NCBI GenBank assembly: GCA_045627385.1 | Contig: JAZQNO010000020.1 | Coordinates: 11,475 to 75,474, forward strand | Direction: 5' to 3' | Length of the DNA: 64,000 bases | From: Bacteroidales bacterium | GTDB taxonomy: Bacteria > Bacteroidota > Bacteroidia > Bacteroidales > UBA1402 | Part shown: in pieces, positions 61,268 to 64,000 of the stretch | Position numbering within the stretch: the first letter of the stretch is position 1 | Layout of the letters: each line of letters begins with the position of its first letter | Translations under genes and position numbers: made by a program | Notes under the pieces: model-generated | The model's database searches: none | What the model saw: the letters and a program-made list of their open reading frames with translations, nothing else | Told to the model about the DNA's origin: nothing

Positions 61268-61855
61268 ATGAATACTATCCAAGAACTGACCGAACAGCTT
61301 TTCCACGAGGGTGTTGAGAAAGGCAATCAGGAGGCTGGAGCCATTGTCGCTGCTGCCCGCAAACAGAGTGAAGACCTGCTTTCAGAAGCCAAGAAACAGG
61401 CTGAAGCCATTCTGGCCGATGCCGGCAAGAAGGCTGCCGAACTCGACAAGAACACCAAGGCCGAACTGAAACTTTTCGCCGCCCAGTCGGTGGAAGCCCT
61501 CAAGTCGGAAGTGGTCGACCTGCTCAACGGCAAGGTGGTCGAAGCGGCTGTGGAACAAGCCACATCAGACAAGAATTTCATGCAGCAGATGCTGCTGACT
61601 TTCGTTCAGAACTGGGCATCGAAAGGCGAACTCTGCATCGAGACCGCCGACGAGGCCGCGCTGACGGCTTTCTTCAAGGCCAAAGCCGCTGAAGAACTCA
61701 AGAAGGGTCTCCAGATCCGTCAGGTCAACGGCAATGAAACCGATTTCACCTTGGCCGCAGCCGACGGCTCCTACAAGATCCAGTTCGGAAAGCAGGATTT
61801 CGTGGAATATTTCAAGGAATTCCTCCGTCCCCGTCTTGTCGAAATGCTCTTCTAA
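61268..61855 (+). CDS. ntpE: V/A-type ATP synthase subunit E
   Basis: MNTIQELTEQLFHEGVEKGN, coiled coil, FKEFLRPRLVEMLF; position in V-ATPase operon. Confidence 0.9.
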   Translation: MNTIQELTEQLFHEGVEKGNQEAGAIVAAARKQSEDLLSEAKKQAEAILADAGKKAAELDKNTKAELKLFAAQSVEALKSEVVDLLNGKVVEAAVEQATSDKNFMQQMLLTFVQNWASKGELCIETADEAALTAFFKAKAAEELKKGLQIRQVNGNETDFTLAAADGSYKIQFGKQDFVEYFKEFLRPRLVEMLF

Positions 61856-61864
61856 GCTCCGGAT

Positions 61865-62698
61865 ATGTCAAAGTATTACTATCTGGTCACCGGTCTGCCC
61901 GACATCACAGCCGACGACGGCAAGCTGTCCATGGGCTATGAGGAGTGCCTTTCGCAGCTGATGCAGGCGCTTACGGCCAGCGACCGCCGTCTGGCGGGCT
62001 ATTTCCGCATGACCTACGACAACCGGAACCTGCTGGCCTGGCTGCGCGACAAAGAAGCCGCTTTCCATCCGTTGGGAAGCATCAGCGCCGAGCAGTTTCA
62101 GGAACAGTTGTCCGAAGCCGACTATGACGACCGCAAGCCGCTTCCCGGTGTGCCCGCCTATATGCTTCTGTTCTTGAAAGAACGCATCGAAGGCCTAATC
62201 CCGGAGGGTGGGGAGGAGAACCGCCTGACGGCTCTGTTCTACGAGTTTGCCGCTCAAGCGCCCAATGCCATGGTCCGCAACTGGTTTGCTTTCGAACAGA
62301 ACCTCAACAACATTCAATTGGCCCTCAACTGTCGCAAGTACGGACTTGATGTGGAAGGTCAACTGGTGGGCGACAATGAAATCTGCCAGGCGCTGGCCAA
62401 TTCTACGGCCCGCGATTTTAACCTGTCGCAGGTGTTCCCCCAGATGGACAGCCTGCTGCGCATCAGTGAAGAACCCGACCTGCTCGAACGGGAGAAGAAG
62501 ATTGACCGTCTCAAATGGGCCTATCTGGATGAACTCTGTGAAAGCTGTCATTTCTCAGTGGAACTGTTGCTTGCCTATTTGGTCAAACTGCAGAGCTTGG
62601 AACGCTGGATCGCTCTCGACGCACGCACCGGCGAGGAAAAATTCCGCAGCCTGATTGCGTCGCTCAAAGAAAACGTCGCCATTCCCAAAGAGGCGTAA
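61865..62698 (+). CDS. DUF2764-family protein (V-ATPase subunit C-like)
   Basis: MSKYYYLVTGLP, LLEREKKIDRLKW; lies between subunits E and A as in Bacteroidota V-ATPase operons. Confidence 0.85.
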   Translation: MSKYYYLVTGLPDITADDGKLSMGYEECLSQLMQALTASDRRLAGYFRMTYDNRNLLAWLRDKEAAFHPLGSISAEQFQEQLSEADYDDRKPLPGVPAYMLLFLKERIEGLIPEGGEENRLTALFYEFAAQAPNAMVRNWFAFEQNLNNIQLALNCRKYGLDVEGQLVGDNEICQALANSTARDFNLSQVFPQMDSLLRISEEPDLLEREKKIDRLKWAYLDELCESCHFSVELLLAYLVKLQSLERWIALDARTGEEKFRSLIASLKENVAIPKEA

Positions 62699-62734
62699 AT
62701 CCCCATATGCACAAAATTTTTAACGAATACGATA

Positions 62735-64000
62735 ATGTCAACTAAAGGAACAGTAAAAGGAATCATTTCCAATCTGGTGATCGTGACCGTTGACGGCCCG
62801 GTGTCGCAGAATGAAATCTGCTACATCCTTACCGCCGGCACCCGGCTCATGGCTGAGGTCATCAAGGTGATCGGTGCCGATGCCTACGTGCAGGTCTTCG
62901 AAAGCACCCGTGGCCTGAAAGTGGGCAGCGAAGTGGAATTCTCCGGCCACATGCTGGAGGTGCTGCTCGGCCCGGGCCTTCTGTCGCGCAACCTCGACGG
63001 TCTGGAAAACGACCTCGACAAGATGGAGGGCGTCTTCCTCCGTCGCGGACAGTACACCTCTCCGCTCGATGAAGAGAAGCTGTGGGATTTCAAGGCCATC
63101 GCCAAGGTGGGCGACCGCGTGGATGCCGCCGCCTGGCTGGGCGAAGTGGACGAAAACCAGCAGCCGCACAAGATTATGGTCCCCTTCACTTTCAAGGGCC
63201 AGTACACCGTCAAGAGCATCGTCGCCGACGGCCAGTACAGAATAAATGACACCATCGCCGTCCTGAGCGACGAGAACGGTCAGGACGTGAATGTGACCAT
63301 GGTACAGCGCTGGCCCGTCAAGAAGGCCATCACCGCCTATAAGGAAAAACCGCGTCCCTTCCGTCTGCTCGAAACCGGTGTCCGCATCATCGATATCGCC
63401 AACCCCATCGTCGAGGGCGGTACGGGATTCATCCCCGGTCCTTTCGGTACAGGCAAGACGGTGCTTCAGCATGCCATTTCCAAACAGGCCGAAGCCGACA
63501 TCGTCATCATGGCAGCCTGCGGCGAACGTGCCAATGAGGTGGTCGAAATCTTCACCGAGTTCCCCGAACTGGTCGACCCGCATACCGGTCGCAAACTGAT
63601 GGAACGCACCATCATCGTGGCCAATACGTCCAATATGCCTGTGGCCGCCCGTGAGGCCTCTGTCTACACGGCCATGACCATTGCCGAATATTACCGTTCG
63701 ATGGGTCTGAAGGTGTTGCTGATGGCCGACTCCACTTCTCGTTGGGCTCAGGCGCTGCGTGAAATGTCGAACCGTCTGGAGGAACTTCCCGGACAGGACG
63801 CTTTCCCGATGGACCTTTCCGCCATCATCTCGGCCTTCTACGGCCGTGCCGGCTACGTGTATCTCAACAACGGACAGACCGGTTCCATCACTTTCATCGG
63901 TACGGTTTCGCCTGCCGGCGGCAATCTGAAGGAACCTGTGACCGAAGGCACCAAGAAAGCCGCCCGCTGTTTCTATGCCCTGGAACAGGCCCGTGCCGAC
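62735..64000 (+). CDS. ntpA: V/A-type ATP synthase subunit A (3' truncated; absent from the ORF track because it has no stop in the window)
   Basis: My translation: MSTKGTVKGIISNLVIVTVDGPVSQNEICY..., Walker A GPFGTGKT, CGERANE, ANTSNMPVAAREAS, DSTSRWAQALRE. Confidence 0.96.
   Translation, partial: MSTKGTVKGIISNLVIVTVDGPVSQNEICYILTAGTRLMAEVIKVIGADAYVQVFESTRGLKVGSEVEFSGHMLEVLLGPGLLSRNLDGLENDLDKMEGVFLRRGQYTSPLDEEKLWDFKAIAKVGDRVDAAAWLGEVDENQQPHKIMVPFTFKGQYTVKSIVADGQYRINDTIAVLSDENGQDVNVTMVQRWPVKKAITAYKEKPRPFRLLETGVRIIDIANPIVEGGTGFIPGPFGTGKTVLQHAISKQAEADIVIMAACGERANEVVEIFTEFPELVDPHTGRKLMERTIIVANTSNMPVAAREASVYTAMTIAEYYRSMGLKVLLMADSTSRWAQALREMSNRLEELPGQDAFPMDLSAIISAFYGRAGYVYLNNGQTGSITFIGTVSPAGGNLKEPVTEGTKKAARCFYALEQARAD

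Overview
64 kb of a GC-rich Bacteroidales (Bacteroidota) chromosome. The assignment rests on TAnnTTTG promoters, SusC/SusD genes, T9SS C-terminal domains and a V-type ATPase operon. Most of the window is housekeeping: smpB, aroC, slyD, ligA, dapA, pheT, yebC, tRNA-Cys, folC, mltG, tRNA-Ser, ruvX, def, ansA, cdsA, ftsH, rsfS, dnaG and the start of the V-ATPase operon. Dispersed among these are glycan-foraging genes: a 1517-aa T9SS protein with two tandem beta-helix-like modules, a PL1 pectate lyase coupled to a T9SS CotH-kinase-family protein, and a GH31/SSS-symporter/GH2-malectin operon. There is also a 14.7-kb locus, fasciclin(4xFAS1)-SusC-SusD-fasciclin(2xFAS1)-SusC-SusD, with no enzyme or regulator of its own. 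The best de novo signal is a TAAACC-N15-YGTC motif found three times, 22-24 nt upstream of start codons: before an ECF sigma gene, before its putative anti-sigma, and before def, which heads a def-TPR-PL1-CotH run. I read it as the candidate promoter and partial regulon of that sigma factor. A GNAT protein resembles the bacterial ceramide synthase family. No CRISPR array, integrase, transposase or prophage was seen. All family assignments come from motif recognition, not database searches.
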